From assembly GCF_001194135.2 (NCBI RefSeq), contig NC_068983.1:34761320-34825319 (forward strand): a stretch of 64,000 nucleotides of DNA, given 5' to 3'. Of the stretch, positions 1 through 13,809 are shown piece after piece. Source of the stretch: Octopus bimaculoides. Its lineage: Eukaryota. The notes beneath the pieces were generated by a model. That model searched no databases. It was not told the DNA's origin and saw nothing but the letters and a program-made list of their open reading frames with translations. Each line of letters starts with the position of its first letter. Within the stretch, counting starts at the first letter, position 1. Position numbers and translations under genes: made by a program.

Positions 1-47
<47 letters not shown>

Positions 48-103
48 TATATATACATATATATATACATATGATATAATACTATATATATATATAATAT
101 ACG
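1..103. repeat. (TA)n microsatellite, continuing as mixed TA/TG repeats to ~180
   Basis: Directly visible. Similar (TA)n, (TG)n, (TATG)n and (AG)n tracts occur throughout the window and flank most N-gaps. Confidence 0.95.
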
Positions 104-329
104 ATGTATATATGTGTATATATGTTTGTATTCATATACATATATATATGTATGTATTCATATGTATGTATGTGTGTGTGTGCGAATGTAAAGTGTGAGA
201 ACGAGAGAGAGAAGACAAAGAAAGAGGGGAGAGGTAGATATAAGTGGCAGACACTGAACAAGTTCGTGAAGGCGCTCGCAAATATTACGATGCAGAATTT
301 GCTTTTCTATGGTAATTCTTAGATTATGC

Positions 330-549
330 AAGGCGGCGAACTTGCAGAAACGTTAGCACGCCGGGCGAAATGCTTAGCGATATTTCGTCTGTCTTTAGAT
401 TCTGAGTTCAAATTCCGCCGAGGTCGACTTTGCCTTTCCTTCTTTCGGGGTCAATAAATTAAGTACCAGTTGCGTACTGTGGTCGATCTAATCGACTGGC
501 CCACTCCATCCTAAATTCCGGGCGTTGTGCCTATATTAGAAAAGAATTC
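330..549 (+). mobile_element. tRNA-related SINE, family A (octopus-type)
   Basis: aaggcggcga...gagttcaaattccgccgaggtcgactttgccttt...aaattaagtaccagttg...gtcgatctaatcgactggc. B-box-like GAGTTCAAATTCC. A closely similar copy lies at 52878-53095. Confidence 0.85.
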
Positions 550-558
550 TTACATTAT

Positions 559-817
559 CAAAAATCAAATGCGCCCTTTTAAAGCCTATCCAGGCTCATG
601 GGCCCGGTTTCCCGGTTTCATTGGTGTACGTGTTCCCCAGCTGGGCGGGACGCCACTCCATCGCTGCGTTACTGATTTGTGCCAGCTGAGTGGACTGGAG
701 CAACGTGAAATGAAGTGTTTTGCTCAAGAACACAACGTGTCGCCCGATCTAGGAATCGAAACCACAATCTTACGATCATGATGCTGACAGTCTAACCACT
801 AGTCTACGCGCCTCCAC
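559..817 (-). mobile_element. tRNA-derived SINE, family B (CORE-like domain), with 13-bp TSD
   Basis: The minus strand reads gtggaggcgcgtagactagtggttag...gtttcgattcc (A/B boxes), then ttgagcaaaacacttcatttcacgttgctccagtccactcagctg. It is flanked by the direct repeat attcttacattat at 546-558 and 818-830. Confidence 0.88.
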
Positions 818-1615
818 ATTCTTACATTATGCCACCTACAATATATTTTGCTAAAATAAAATCTACTATTTGACGGTTCCCTTTATTTTTTCTTCGTTTA
901 TATGTGAAATTACCTATTGATTGTATTATTGGACTACCACATCACAGGTCATGATTTCAATTTTTGGACATACATATTGTATTATCTATTGTGAGAATGC
1001 TTTATTTTACTTAACTTTTTTTTCCCAAAGTTGCCAAAGATATGCGACAACCTTTTTTGAAACATACGACTATTAAGTTTCCTACGNNNNNNNNNNNNNN
1101 NNNNNNNNNNNNNNNNNNNNNNNNNNNNNNNNNNNNNNNNNNNNNNNNNNNNNNNNNNNNNNNNNNNNNNNNNNNNNNNNNNNNNNNNNNNNNNNNNNNN
1201 NNNNNNNNNNNNNNNNNNNNNNNNNNNNNNNNNNNNNNNNNNNNNNNNNNNNNNNNNNNNNNNNNNNNNNNNNNNNNNNNNNNNNNNNNNNNNNNNNNNN
1301 NNNNNNNNNNNNNNNNNNNNNNNNNNNNNNNNNNNNNNNNNNNNNNNNNNNNNNNNNNNNNNNNNNNNNNNNNNNNNNNNNNNNNNNNNNNNNNNNNNNN
1401 NNNNNNNNNNNNNNNNNNNNNNNNNNNNNNNNNNNNNNNNNNNNNNNNNNNNNNNNNNNNNNNNNNNNNNNNNNNNNNNNNNNNNNNNNNNNNNNNNNNN
1501 NNNNNNNNNNNNNNNNNNNNNNNNNNNNNNNNNNNNNNNNNNNNNNNNNNNNNNNNNNNNNNNNNNNNNNNNNNNNNNNNNNNNNNNNNNNNNNNNNNNN
1601 NNNNNNNNNNNNNNN

Positions 1616-1673
<58 letters not shown>

Positions 1674-4077
1674 GATAGATAGATAGATAGATACATACAT
1701 ACATACATACACACATACATACTTACACGGTTAGCAAAAGTGTACGTACACCGCTTTTTCCGATTTATGGATATATATATATCTACTTATTTAAGTATGA
1801 AAGTATATATTCATGCATGCATAAATATATGGGTGTGTCTGTGTGTGCATGCTTCTGGCTGTGCTGTTTCGGAAGAGAGAGATGGAAAGGGAGAGAGACA
1901 GAGACTGAATGCTAGAGATTGATAGATTTATTTTTCCCTTACACTTTTCTTAGTTATATCAGTTGTAAATTGTTTGAGAACACACTGAGGATTTTCGCTA
2001 CAGTGACATAAAAATTGTTCATGTTCATAGAAATAGTACATGAAAAACCAAATACTTATATGTGTGGCTTTGTGTGAGTTGTGTGATTATGTATATATAT
2101 ATATATATATNNNNNNNNNNNNNNNNNNNNNNNNNNNNNNNNNNNNNNNNNNNNNNNNNNNNNNNNNNNNNNNNNNNNNNNNNNNNNNNNNNNNNNNNNN
2201 NNNNNNNNNNNNNNNNNNNNNNNNNNNNNNNNNNNNNNNNNNNNNNNNNNNNNNNNNNNNNNNNNNNNNNNNNNNNNNNNNNNNNNNNNNNNNNNNNNNN
2301 NNNNNNNNNNNNNNNNNNNNNNNNNTTCTATGCAAAGACACAAAGAGGGTAAGGAGTGTAAGCGTAAGTGTGTGTGTGGGTGTATGTGTGTGTATTTGTG
2401 TGTGTATTTGTGTGCGCGTGTGTGTGTGTATGTGTGTGTGTGTCTGTGTGTGTGTAATGAAAATATGGCAAAGCGAAAGTACATTAATTTCCTGCATGTG
2501 TATGTATCACATTAAAACTATAAAATAAAGTGCCATCTAAGAAGAAAGACGGTAGATTATCAGAGGATTTAAAGTTGGGTGGCGCCATATTTATGATTCT
2601 AGGTTTCTATAACTGTTCTTGCCAGATCTACGAAAACTACTTTGATGCGCAAATACTGCTGTACGGATATTTTGGCTTAGGAAAAATTGTTAGATCCAAG
2701 AAATTTTGCTTTCTTGTTAATCTTCGTTTACTTATACATTGTTGTAGTTTCTCATAAAATCTTCTCAGACGAATTGTTTTGTTTTGTAATTTTTTGTTGC
2801 TTTCTTTTTAGAGGTTGTTGTACTCAGCTACTGTACTCAACTAAATCCCGTTAAAAAATATATCCACTGGGAAATAGTTTACCAGCTTAAATGTCCCTAA
2901 AACTTTCGCATGTACATTCATGTCCGCACGTAAGGATGATTATTACATCTACTCACAAGTGCGAGCGAACGTGAATATGTTTGAATATGAGGACCTGTTT
3001 CTCTTTGTAGTGTCTTGGTTTCTTTTCAGGTAAAAGTATTGAGGACACTGGATCAAGGACTCAGTAGAGAGACAGAACAACAGTTATGCGAGTTTTGTTC
3101 GTTTTCGTTACAATTACAGTGACACATACACACATATTTAAAGGTTAGTACAACCAAAAGATCCTAGTGTAAGCAGTAATATCCAGGTATTTATACAGCT
3201 AGTGTAGATGACAAAAGGTTGGCGATATCTGATAGACAATGCTATTAACGATCGTTCCATATTGAAGTCAAATGAGATTTCGATAAGCTGACAGTCATCA
3301 TACAACTCACGCTTTAGCAACTAAAGTAGTTAACAATTCGAATAAAAATTCGAGAATGTAAGGAATGGAAATTTTAAAACAAATGTTTCGTAGCTAAAAC
3401 AACGTTTGTTACATAACTTATAACGGACATAAAACCTGCTAGGTCAATCTTCTCGTCCTGTTACCTTCAAATTGTTTACATGTCAGGTGAAGACCAGTAA
3501 ATGATTCATCAATATAGCCACAGCACAAATCACAAGCCGAAAACACAAAATCGATTAGTCATCGAAAGTAATTTTTAGTAGGGGAGTCGCCCTAAAAGGA
3601 AACAAGGCGAGTATGTTTGCAGATGTCATTTAATCGAAAGAGGAGGATGACGGCATGAATAATTGGAGTATTGTAACGGAAAAAAGAGAAAATCCCCGTC
3701 TCAACCCCACAGGCCCCGATACACCAGAAAAGAAAAAAACCAAAGACCCAACCCCGCCCCATATCCCACCCTGATACAAACTTAATGGCTGCTAATGCCA
3801 GAAAAAAAATACACTTTTACAAAAAATAAAAATATATAGCAACAGCCATCCAATTTTGCATGCACACCCCTCAAACAAATCCAAACTTTCAAAATAGACG
3901 GTAATAACAATATGAACCTAAAAACAGAGTTCCAAAATGACGTAAGCCCTCTGAGGAAAGATTTTTCTCCTCAAATTTATGAGGGCCTCGTCATAGCGAC
4001 CTCACAAGCCTCAAATTAAATGGAATGAGATGGGCTAACACCCATCTCTACCCAAGGTAAGTTAATTTTTGTTCATG

Positions 4078-4210
4078 CTTACACTCAACATAGGGTGTTT
4101 ATATGTTCGTAGCCTGGAGTCGAATTTGAAGCAAGGGCGTTTCCTCAATGACCTTAGGTCGCATAGACTGGATGTGGTAGCAGTTACAGAAACCTGGCTG
4201 AATGGACCGG
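4078..4210 (+). pseudogene. LINE ORF2 APE endonuclease N-terminal fragment; possible ORF1 remnant at ~3650-4060
   Basis: TLNIGCLYVRSL...GRFLNDLRSHRLDVVAVTETWL matches the LNVRGL and D-V-V-A-V-T-E-T-W motifs of APE endonucleases. Similarity ends at about 4210. Confidence 0.65.
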
Positions 4211-4818
4211 GTGCATTTTCAGGGAAGAAAATAACTATGCGATCGGTCTGCTACATCAGAGGCAATTCTAGGCTAAACAAAACACAAACATGCTTCACAC
4301 TAAAAGATTATCTACTAAATAATACTAATAAATTTGAAGGTATATCTTCGAAGTTTCATTCCCTGGTAAAACTCCATGTGTTTTAAACATTTTCTCGTAT
4401 GCTTTATTTAAAACATAAAGATTGTTCAGACAGAGTTGTGTCTCTTAGCTAAAGACCTAAAACTGCGTGACCCGTCCTCATTTTCGAGGATATTTTTGTA
4501 TTAAAAAGGAGTTGTTTTGCAAGAAAATATACTTTATTTGGCATCGAAAAATTACTAAATCTTTTAATACCTCATACGTCAAAATCGGCAACCCAATTTT
4601 CGAATCCATAAGAAACATGCGCGCTCGGGAACTCACACTCATACACACAAACTCTGTTTTATATATTAAGATATATTCCTCAGTGTGTTATTATTTGTAA
4701 TTGTATGCATGTGTCCATGTGCAAGTATGATCATTCCTTATTCCACCCTATGCTTTGGAGATCAACTGATAAGTTTTCCATATATTCTTATTCCATATCG
4801 CCTGTCCGTCGCAGGAAG

Positions 4819-4964
4819 ACTCATTTTTGTCAGCTGAGCGGACTGGAGCAACGTGAAATTAAGCAGTTTGCTCAATAACACAACGCGTCTTCCGGTCCAG
4901 GAATCGATACCACAATCTTACGATCAGGAATCCAACACGGTAACCACAGGGCCACGCGCCTCCA
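4819..4964 (-). mobile_element. SINE family B, 5' half
   Basis: Has the same tRNA head (ggaggcgcgtggccctgtggttacc...gtatcgattcctgga) and cagctgagcggactggagcaacgtgaaat segment as 559-817. Confidence 0.75.
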
Positions 4965-6769
4965 GTATCATTATAAAGCATCTCAGGAAAGCAAACGTCT
5001 CGTCCCTTAACAAGTACTCTTCGTCTCAGTGGGGCAACGAAAACTTTATTTCTAATCAAGGAAGGGTTTAACTTGTAGTCTCTTGTCAAGCATAACCACC
5101 TAGAGCGGGTCTCATTTGCCATGTTTATTTGCTTAGTAACTTTCTTCAAGTGTTTGTGTTCCAGACAAATTTTCTGCACGAAACAGAGCACCGGCCTATC
5201 TGGCAATTCACAGCATCCGATTCCTAAAGGGAATGAAGCCCCCTGCAACCTTTGGAGAAAGGCTTATTCAACCAAGTCACAACATTTCGTCTTATTTTTG
5301 CTGTTAAGAAATGTCTATTATGCCTTCCTAATGCACAGATTGAACACACGTGTTGTGCAGACTTCCTTCTGGCATTGGCCAATTATGAAACACTAACGCC
5401 ATACAATTTAATATTGCAACCAATAAAATTGTATAGATATCGCTTACATTTCTTACTTTAGAAATGTTATCTACCGAACAATGCGTTTGGTTTTGGGATT
5501 TGGCTTTCAAGATTCTTTATGTGAGTTCGTGTGTTGAAGCATATTCTGTTCTGTCTGGGGAGAATCATTTTCTTTTTGTGCCTTATAATTCAACACACTC
5601 ACCGGTAAATAAGAAATAAGTGGAACACAACAGAATGCGTTTTGTGTATCAGAAATAGTATTCAACAGTCAGAATCATTCCACCATGTTTTAGTTCTAGT
5701 GCCAGTGCTACAAAAACCATTTTGTGTTCGCGCTTCAACTAATTTACAATGCAGGCCGTCCAACAATGTTTGCATCTTCTATGTGCATGAACTTAAAACA
5801 AAAATAGGATTGACATAATCTTTCAAATAACGTTTTCTAATCAATCCACATAATAGTATCTTCTCATATCTCTAGTATCACTATTTATCTTTGTGGCTAC
5901 ATGAAACATCAGATACGTAGACATATAGAATGATGAAGGTTTTGTGGACAGCATGATTCACACAGTGTATTTATCATTATATGTATATCATTGAGTATGC
6001 ATGTATATTATAGTTTTATAGGGTCCATTTGCGCCCCTGTCAAGAATTAAAATGTGTTATTTGCTTTCTCTTTTATGAGCTTTCCTTCAATTAGTTTCAT
6101 GTATAACATACATATGAAGTTCCACTGGAAACATACCATAAAAGATATTAAGAACTAAGAAACAAAGTATCTTTGCATTTGCGTCTAATGTGTTGGTTAC
6201 ATATGTCATTCCCTCTTTACATTCGATCAATGTGACACGGTGCGTCATATGTTCAGTGTGTGTGTGTGTCTGTGTGTGTGTGTGTCTGTGTGGTGTGGTG
6301 TGCGTGCGTGAGCGTGTTTCTGTGTCGGTGTGTGTGGGTGTTTGTGTGTGTGTTGATGTGTCGGTGTGTGTATAACTATTGTTGTATGCTTCGAAATTAC
6401 TGCATCTTTTATGTCTGTTTTTCTTTTCTCCCGCTATTTGTTTCACTCCACTTCTCCCGCTCTGTCCAATCTCTTCCCATATATCTTGATATTGTGAATT
6501 GCCCGTTTCTTCGTAGAAATCTCCCTCTATATGTATGTATGCATGTATGTATGTTATCAATCAGTTTCATTTCTGTATTTCTTGTTCATAGAGAAATAGC
6601 CGAACTCTAACATAGATTCAAGGCTCCTTCATTGGAACTTTTATCAACATCATCTAGGTATTTGTGCATATGTGTGTGTGTGTGTGCAGTATTTGGTGTT
6701 AGTGTATGCGCAGATTTGTATGTTTGTTTTATAGATGCGTTTTTATGTCTAGATGCATGCATATGTATT

Positions 6770-6990
6770 TATGTGCTAAATTTTTGGAAAGTTTTACATA
6801 TCTTTACAGTTCCATTGATGGCTTGAATCTGTAGTCTTCTAACCAGCCTTTTTCTTTCAGGTTTTGAGAACCCTAATTTTTCCAGGTTTTTTGTTGAGGC
6901 AGTTCGTTACATATCCCAATGCCCCAACAATCACGAGTATGAATCTGAACTTGTAGTTTGGGTGGAGTATCTGCAAATTTCTCAGTAGCT
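6770..6990 (-). pseudogene. C-terminus of an RLE-type (R2-superfamily, R4/NeSL-like) non-LTR retrotransposon
   Basis: The minus strand translates, with one frameshift, as LRNLQILHPNYKFRFILVIVGALGYVTNCL / LEKLGFSKPERKRLVRRLQIQAINGTVKICKTFQKF. This is the typical IIIGALG...GT.KI.K.F RLE tail. Confidence 0.65.
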
Positions 6991-7253
6991 CGGATTAGTT
7001 GTTCTCTTTTTCTCTATGTATGTATGTATGTATGTATGTATGTATGTATGCATGCATGTATGCTTGTATGCATGTATGCACCTATGCATGTAGGCATGTA
7101 TTATGTACGTATGTATGTATGTATGTATGTATGTATGTATGTGTGTGTGTTTTTGTATTAGTGTGTGCTATATTATAATAAATTAATGTCGAATAGTGAG
7201 AATGAGTGTTAAACAGTGCATTGGTCGCTAAATATTTCTTTTACTTGTGGGTT

Positions 7254-7397
7254 AACTAGGCTATCATGTCTTTCATGTTAATGGAGGTATATCTCTTAAC
7301 AATTTTCAAGCTTATTGCATAGGACGTTGGTGGTCGTCTCTATCGAAAATTGTTAAGAGATATACCTCACTAACGTGAAACCAATGGTAGCCTAGTT
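7254..7397. repeat. Imperfect ~54-bp-arm inverted repeat (hairpin or small MITE)
   Basis: Perfect 24-bp core: gaggtatatctcttaacaattttc (7284-7307) vs gaaaattgttaagagatatacctc (7345-7368). Pairing extends outward to aactaggcta/tagcctagtt. Confidence 0.85.
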
Positions 7398-7444
7398 GAT
7401 TCACAAAAGGACATATATGCATACATACATATATATATATACAT

Positions 7445-7510
<66 letters not shown>

Positions 7511-7843
7511 CACAAATAATATGTGAGTATATGCATATATACGTGCATGTATGTACATACCTACATCTACATGTATATATAGAGGCATATCTGGGTACAG
7601 GACGTCACAAAAAGACGTGGAGAAACTGAAAAACAGAACATAAACAGAGCACAGAAAACACACAGGCCACATAGAGAACATTTCCTTCAACATATGTATA
7701 TATATTCTTACAGATATAGGGTAAAAATTAATAATTAATTAATGATTAGTGATTGTACGAAGTAGTTCGGTTTGTTAAAAAGGCCATTATCGGTAAAAAA
7801 GTTATATAAACATAATTAAAATTAGGGTTTCAGCAAAAATTAC

Positions 7844-8259
7844 TTCACCACACACCGAAACTTAGAAATAACAGTCAAAACTACTATTTCTCTACCAAAA
7901 TATGACTCCGCGCGTGGGTAATTGAGGAATGATACGATTTTCTTACTCGTCTATATGAATGCGGAAATGCTGTTCTTGGATAATCGTTTTGATGTCGCCT
8001 GATCGAATTAATTATTCTTTTATAAGCATTCTCGGATTTATAATTTTGAAATACTGTACTGACGAAGGAATTAAGTTCGGGTAATATAATTTACACCACT
8101 TTAATCATGAAACGCGTATACAGTTAATCAAAGCCGGTTGAATTCGTTATTTTTTTCTTTTTTGCCTTTGAAGTTGCGAGTATTTGCCGTCTGAGAGTCA
8201 TATTTTGGTAGAGAAATAGTAGTTTTGACTGCTATTTCTAATTTTCGGTGTGTGGTGAA
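7844..8259. mobile_element. MITE / fold-back element with ~65-bp inverted arms
   Basis: 7844-7908 (ttcaccacacaccgaaa...aatatgactc) is the near-perfect reverse complement of 8195-8259. Confidence 0.8.
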
Positions 8260-10903
8260 ATATATATATTATATTATATTATATTATATCATATTATATA
8301 CTACATATTAAAAAAAGCACAAGCCACATCATCGGCAACAATTTGCATACCACCTACACTTCGTAATCTGAATGTATATGTCCAGAGGTTACACAGCTTC
8401 CTGCAGGACTTTTATGGAATATGTGTCTTGGCATGGTTAGACTCATTCTTTATTTGTAATGCAGATCTCAAGTCATGCCTGTTCTATTTGTGCGCCATAT
8501 GTCGACTCTATCTGTGCAGAGGTCTGTCAATAGAGCATATAGAACAATTAAAAGAATTACAGAATGCACAACTGCAACTTATTTAGACAGTAACTGTTGT
8601 ACACACGAACACGCGCACTCTACAGCAGAAGGAGGTCTTTCCACCAAGTGCCAACGATGCGTTCACAAACGCTAAGCGGTCTGGTTCACAGTTATTTCTT
8701 CGCAAAGTCTCAATCTTTACCCCTATTGATTTTATACTTCACTTCAGTCAGGAATACATTCACGAAAGGTTGACGTCTAAAATATCTTCCCTTCGTTTGT
8801 AATCCTACAACTTTTCACGAGAATTAAAATTGGCATCTTCAATTTCAAGATGATTAATGAATTCATTAGCTCTATCCCTCTATCTAGCACAAACAAAAAT
8901 CGAAACAGCACATTCGCACTCGCCAATATGATTTGTTAGTTTCCGCATATTATGAACAGCACAGTGACGAATGTTTCGTTAGTGGAGGTCCTACACCGTC
9001 TACAGATCCTGAATATGTGTATCTGAAGTAAGCTTGGAGCCATGGTTATTTGTTTAAAGTTGCTCGAATGATTTATTTAATGATTTATAATTGACTAAGA
9101 AGGATGCAAAGCTTCTCCCCTGAAGACTGTTGGAAGGCTGTTTAGTTGACCATGTAATTAGGCTTTCAGTAAAAATAAACAAGTTCTAATCGAATCTATA
9201 TCCAGCGACCAGACCCGGCCGCCATGATGAAACACTTTCTATTCCTGTCACCAGCTGCCATAAATGACGGAATGTACGTCGACGAAGTAGTCGTTCTACA
9301 GATTTTGGATAAATTCTGAAGAAATATTTACTCAAAATATTTACTCAAAAGTTTTTGATTACATTAGAGACATATCGGTAATGATGTTTAAAATGGTAGT
9401 CTTACATACTCTCTTTTGTTACAAATGTTCTCTCCATCATTCTACATTCTTTTTGTAATGCGAAAGGTAAACATTGAAGACGGTTTTATAAATATATCCA
9501 CTGAAATGAAAGCGCGTGAATTTGGCATGAAGATATGGTAGCGAATTTGTTGGTTATTGCATCACATTAACTCAGATTATATTGGTACAAAATTGCTCCA
9601 AATGAGAAACAGGCGGATTGATTATGAAGCTTTACATACACAAAAGTAGCGCTTCTATAGGTAGCTACAGGGATACGAAGTAATTGATGTACTGTATACA
9701 ACACTTTTTCCAGCCATTTGTGTTCATCAAATTTTACTTTTGTTTAGCCAGGGTAAATTTCAGTCAGCATAGAAAGCACGAAGCAGAATTAACACTGTGG
9801 AATATGTGATTTTGCAGGATACCTGAAGAAATATTATTAGCATTCTCGACAGCAATTCATTAGAAACAGCGTGTTCAGTCTTCACAACAGATTTACATAA
9901 TCGGCCAAGCTTTTCGCTGTGTATCCCAGTTGCTTCATATAACAATATTGATCTCTTATAGCTGCGCAAAACTTATTTATAGAAGGGAGAAGATATTGGA
10001 TATTGTTACGTTCATGACATTTCCAAGAGTATTATCACCGCATTTGAAGTTAAATGGCTTCAATAGAGAATCGATACTTGTCCATGATTTCTACTAACCA
10101 CAAGCTTATATATTTTTCTACTACACTTGCCAGACTTTATATAACAATATAACAATTACGATGATCTTTGATCTTGTTAGTTCCACCTCAGCAGTCTAGA
10201 AAATTTCTAATTCTTTCTGCCATCTCAGTGGTCTATAGAACTGGTTAGGTAGTAAGCATTATAATCAATCATATTTTCTTCATATCATATTTCTCATAGT
10301 CATTCATGATTCATGCCTTTAAAAGATTTGGATTTTTATGCGTTCTCTAACTACTTTCTTTAAGATTTCTTTTTCATGATCAGAGATTTTTGTTGTTGCT
10401 TGAATCCTGGCCAATGCTGATAGCCTAAAAAGACATAAAATCCCATGATTTCCCAACAAAATAAGATTATTTTTCTCGAGACAAAATGTAACATGGGTTA
10501 CATTAACAAATATGCCCTCTTTTAGTGATAATAATATATTAGTAGTGATTTGGGTATTACTTCTAGTAGGTTGAGCAAAACCTGTAGAAACTCTTTCAAT
10601 TGTTGTATCCCTTATTTACGTAAGGAGAAAATTAAATAACCGTTGTTACAGGAATGCTTTCCCTCAACAACGTTAGTTGAGGATAACATGAAACGAAATA
10701 GCTTCCAGATATCATCATTAGCAACGTTAAGGCTTGTTACAACGTAGAGTAGTTCAAAGTGTTCAATGGTTTCGGATTTATTCTCATCCATTAACATTTA
10801 ATAGGAGAAATTTGATTTCTTCCTTAAACAAAAATCATAATTTTAGTATATGAATTGAAGTAGGTCCAGCACATGTGCTGTGTCTATGCTACAGGAAAGC
10901 CAT

Positions 10904-10961
<58 letters not shown>

Positions 10962-10995
10962 AAACTTAATTACAGGATAAAATCATAAAAATTGA

Positions 10996-11810
10996 TGGAT
11001 TTTATCAGTGGCCAGCATATAAAAACCTTTTAGGTAAAATACATCTATGGAGATATATAATTGTACAGGGTACATTTATACTTAAGGGCTACCATGCCTA
11101 TATGCTGAAAGAAAACGCCGAATTTGTCCCACCACTTTAATTGTTCACTCCACATATACACACGAGTTGAAAGCGGGAAACTAGACTGACTAAAAGTTCA
11201 TAAAATATTTCAGCTAGTTTTGGATTGATCAATTTCTGGATTATTTTGATAACTGGATTAGTTTGATAACTTTTCCTTCATCAGCAAAACATACTAAGTG
11301 AAATAAATGAAAATGTTAATACATACCCACAGAAAAGCACGCACAAAATGTGAGTACATACAAATATTAGCAAATATATATTCATCGAATTTCGCAGTCC
11401 ACCTCCAGACGAGTGAATCTGGTGAGAATAGTACACTGGTAAATAAACTAACCCAAAATGAATGGGTTATGTTTAAACATAATTACAGTTTAAAGACATC
11501 AGAATTAATAAATTTCATCAGTGGCCAGCATATAAAAACCTTTTTAGGTAAAATACATATAGAGAGATATATAATTGTATGGGGTACAATTATACTTAAG
11601 ATACAGAAGCTACCGTGACTACATGCTGAAAGAAGACGCGTATGTATATGTGTGAATATTTGTGTGTGAATATATGTGTGAAAATTAACTGAATTATTTT
11701 AAGAATTTTTAGTCACTCTACTCTCCCGCTTTCAAATTGTGTGCATACGTGGAGTGAACATTTCAAGTGCTGGGAGGAATTCGGCGTCTTCTTTTAGCAT
11801 ATAGGCTCGG
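10996..11810. repeat. Composite non-autonomous DNA element(s): direct repeat A (~11000-11120, ~11515-11640) plus inverted repeat B (~11096-11220, ~11682-11806)
   Basis: atcagtggccagcatataaaaaccttt... occurs twice in direct orientation. cctatatgctgaaagaaaacgccgaatt...gaaagcggga recurs inverted as tcccgctttc...aattcggcgtcttcttttagcatatagg. Confidence 0.75.
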
Positions 11811-12344
11811 TATATATATATTGTAGTCGATTCACACTGTCGCAAAATCTCCGTCACTGAGAAGGCTTTAGAAATATCGACCTTAAAAAGTAATAACAGA
11901 GAAACTGAATGTAAAGATCTTCATATTACAAAACTAACATGATACCCACCGATTCTACATCTACATTAGATCTTGGGATCATTAACATTATTCTAAAATG
12001 TTTTCACTATTTCAGTCCATGTATACCTGTGTGGTTGTGTGCATGCACGGGTTTCTTTTGATCATATGGAATATGAAAATGGACAAATTTATTTAAATGA
12101 ATAAATAATACATAATTCAATATAGCGCCAAAGAGTCTAGTTAATTAACGAATGGTTTTAAACCCTTAAGAAATCTTGTCTGAAATGCACTACATACGAT
12201 TTAGCTTTGAAAAATCGGGAGAAGATGAAAAGAGAAGAAAGAAGAACCGATAATACATATGTTGTAATGTATTATAGCAAATATTCATTCGCTCGTGAAT
12301 TGCACAGCAAGCGATCAACAACGAAATTATACAAAATAGAAAAT

Positions 12345-12434
12345 AGTCTTGTGAATGGATTTGGTAGACAGCAACTGAAAGACGTCCGTCGTATATATAC
12401 ATATATATATTGTGTGTGTGTGTCTGTGTGTGTG

Positions 12435-12482
<48 letters not shown>

Positions 12483-12678
12483 TGTCCCTCCAGCATCGCT
12501 TGAGAACCTATGCTGGTGTGTTTCCGTCCCCGTGACTTAGTGGTTCAACAAAATCGTCCGATAGAATAAGTACTAGGCTTAGAAAGAATAAGATGTAGGG
12601 GCGATTTGCTCGACTAAAGGTGGTACTCTAGCACGGCCGCATTCAAATGACTGAAACAATTAAAAGAAAAAGAATAAA
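12345..12678 (+). mobile_element. SINE family C (internal (TG)n tract), 5'-truncated
   Basis: gtgaatggatttggtagac...(tg)n...ccgatagaataagtactaggcttag...gcacggccgcattcaaatgactgaaacaa. The tail is shared with 14070-14210 and, inverted, with the 61830 copy. Confidence 0.75.
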
Positions 12679-13013
12679 TAAACTCGATGACTTAGAATTC
12701 TTGCGGCTCTTGCCACAAAATATATAAGCTTTTTTTATATTATATTACAAATTGTAATTACTGTTCTATCAGATTGAACGAGATAGTACAATGTCATCGC
12801 TTTCAAAGCCAGAAGTAAAGTGATTCAATGAGCCGTAGGTACTGGGTAAGAGCAACAGCGTGTTGGAGAAGTTCTCATTGCAGCAAATTTCATGGTTCGA
12901 TTCCACAGGACAGAGCTTTGGTCAATGTCTTCTTATCTCATCCTCCATTAAAGCCTAGCAAGTGAAACTTTTTTTACAAATGCCAAATTTCCATCAGACC
13001 ATCAAGATATATA

Positions 13014-13210
13014 GGCGCAGGCGTAGCTGGGTTGTAAGAGGCTTATTTCCGCGCCACGTAGTTCCAGTTTCAGACCGATTGCGTGGCACCATGCGGCAAG
13101 TGTCTTCTACTATAGCCTTAGGCCGACCAAAGCCTTTTGAATGGATTTAGTAGAGGGAAACTGACAGAAGCTCGTCATATGTGTGTGTGTGCGCGTGTGT
13201 GTGTGAATGT
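13014..13210 (+). mobile_element. SINE family C, 5' part
   Basis: ggcgcaggcgtagctgggttgtaagaggctt...ggcaagtgtcttctactatagcc...gaatggatttagtagagggaaactga, followed by (TG)n. Confidence 0.65.
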
Positions 13211-13711
13211 GTGTGTGCGTGTGTGGGTGAAGAGACAGTCAGACAGACAGACTGACAGAACGAGTGTGTTTTTGTGAGTATAAATGAATATATATAAATA
13301 TGTGTGTGTTAGCGTATGTGTATGACACCCCATTTGCTTCACCAGTATATCTCGCCTCACACTCACACGAGATTACCAGATCTCGCTTCCTCATATACAT
13401 ACTGTTATTTCATCCACCTAGCAATTACAAATACCCACTCCACTTCAGCTCGTGCCAAATTTGAGACACTATTACTCTTATATACTTCTGCCATCATAAA
13501 TTCTGTCTAAAGAATAGATTTCTAATCTGCTTCCTAATTTTTCAGCAGGCTTTTGGGGGTTTTCTTCACTCCCACCCTACACCTTTTTTTTCTCGATTGA
13601 AAGATTGGGCCCGAAAATGTTAAGGCACATTCTGTATCCATTAAAGCATGGACCAAATATTGTTCAACAAATTTGTTTTCACATTTCCCATCTATTCTTT
13701 TCATTTGCACT

Positions 13712-13764
<53 letters not shown>

Positions 13765-13809
13765 GTGTGTGTGTGCGTGTGTGTGTGCGTGTGTATGCGT
13801 GTGTGTGTA

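Noticed and set aside
9200-10800. Possible hAT or Harbinger transposase debris on the minus strand (e.g. SITSYPCSYL, LWQLVTG)
   Set aside because: No unambiguous motif order and no termini found.
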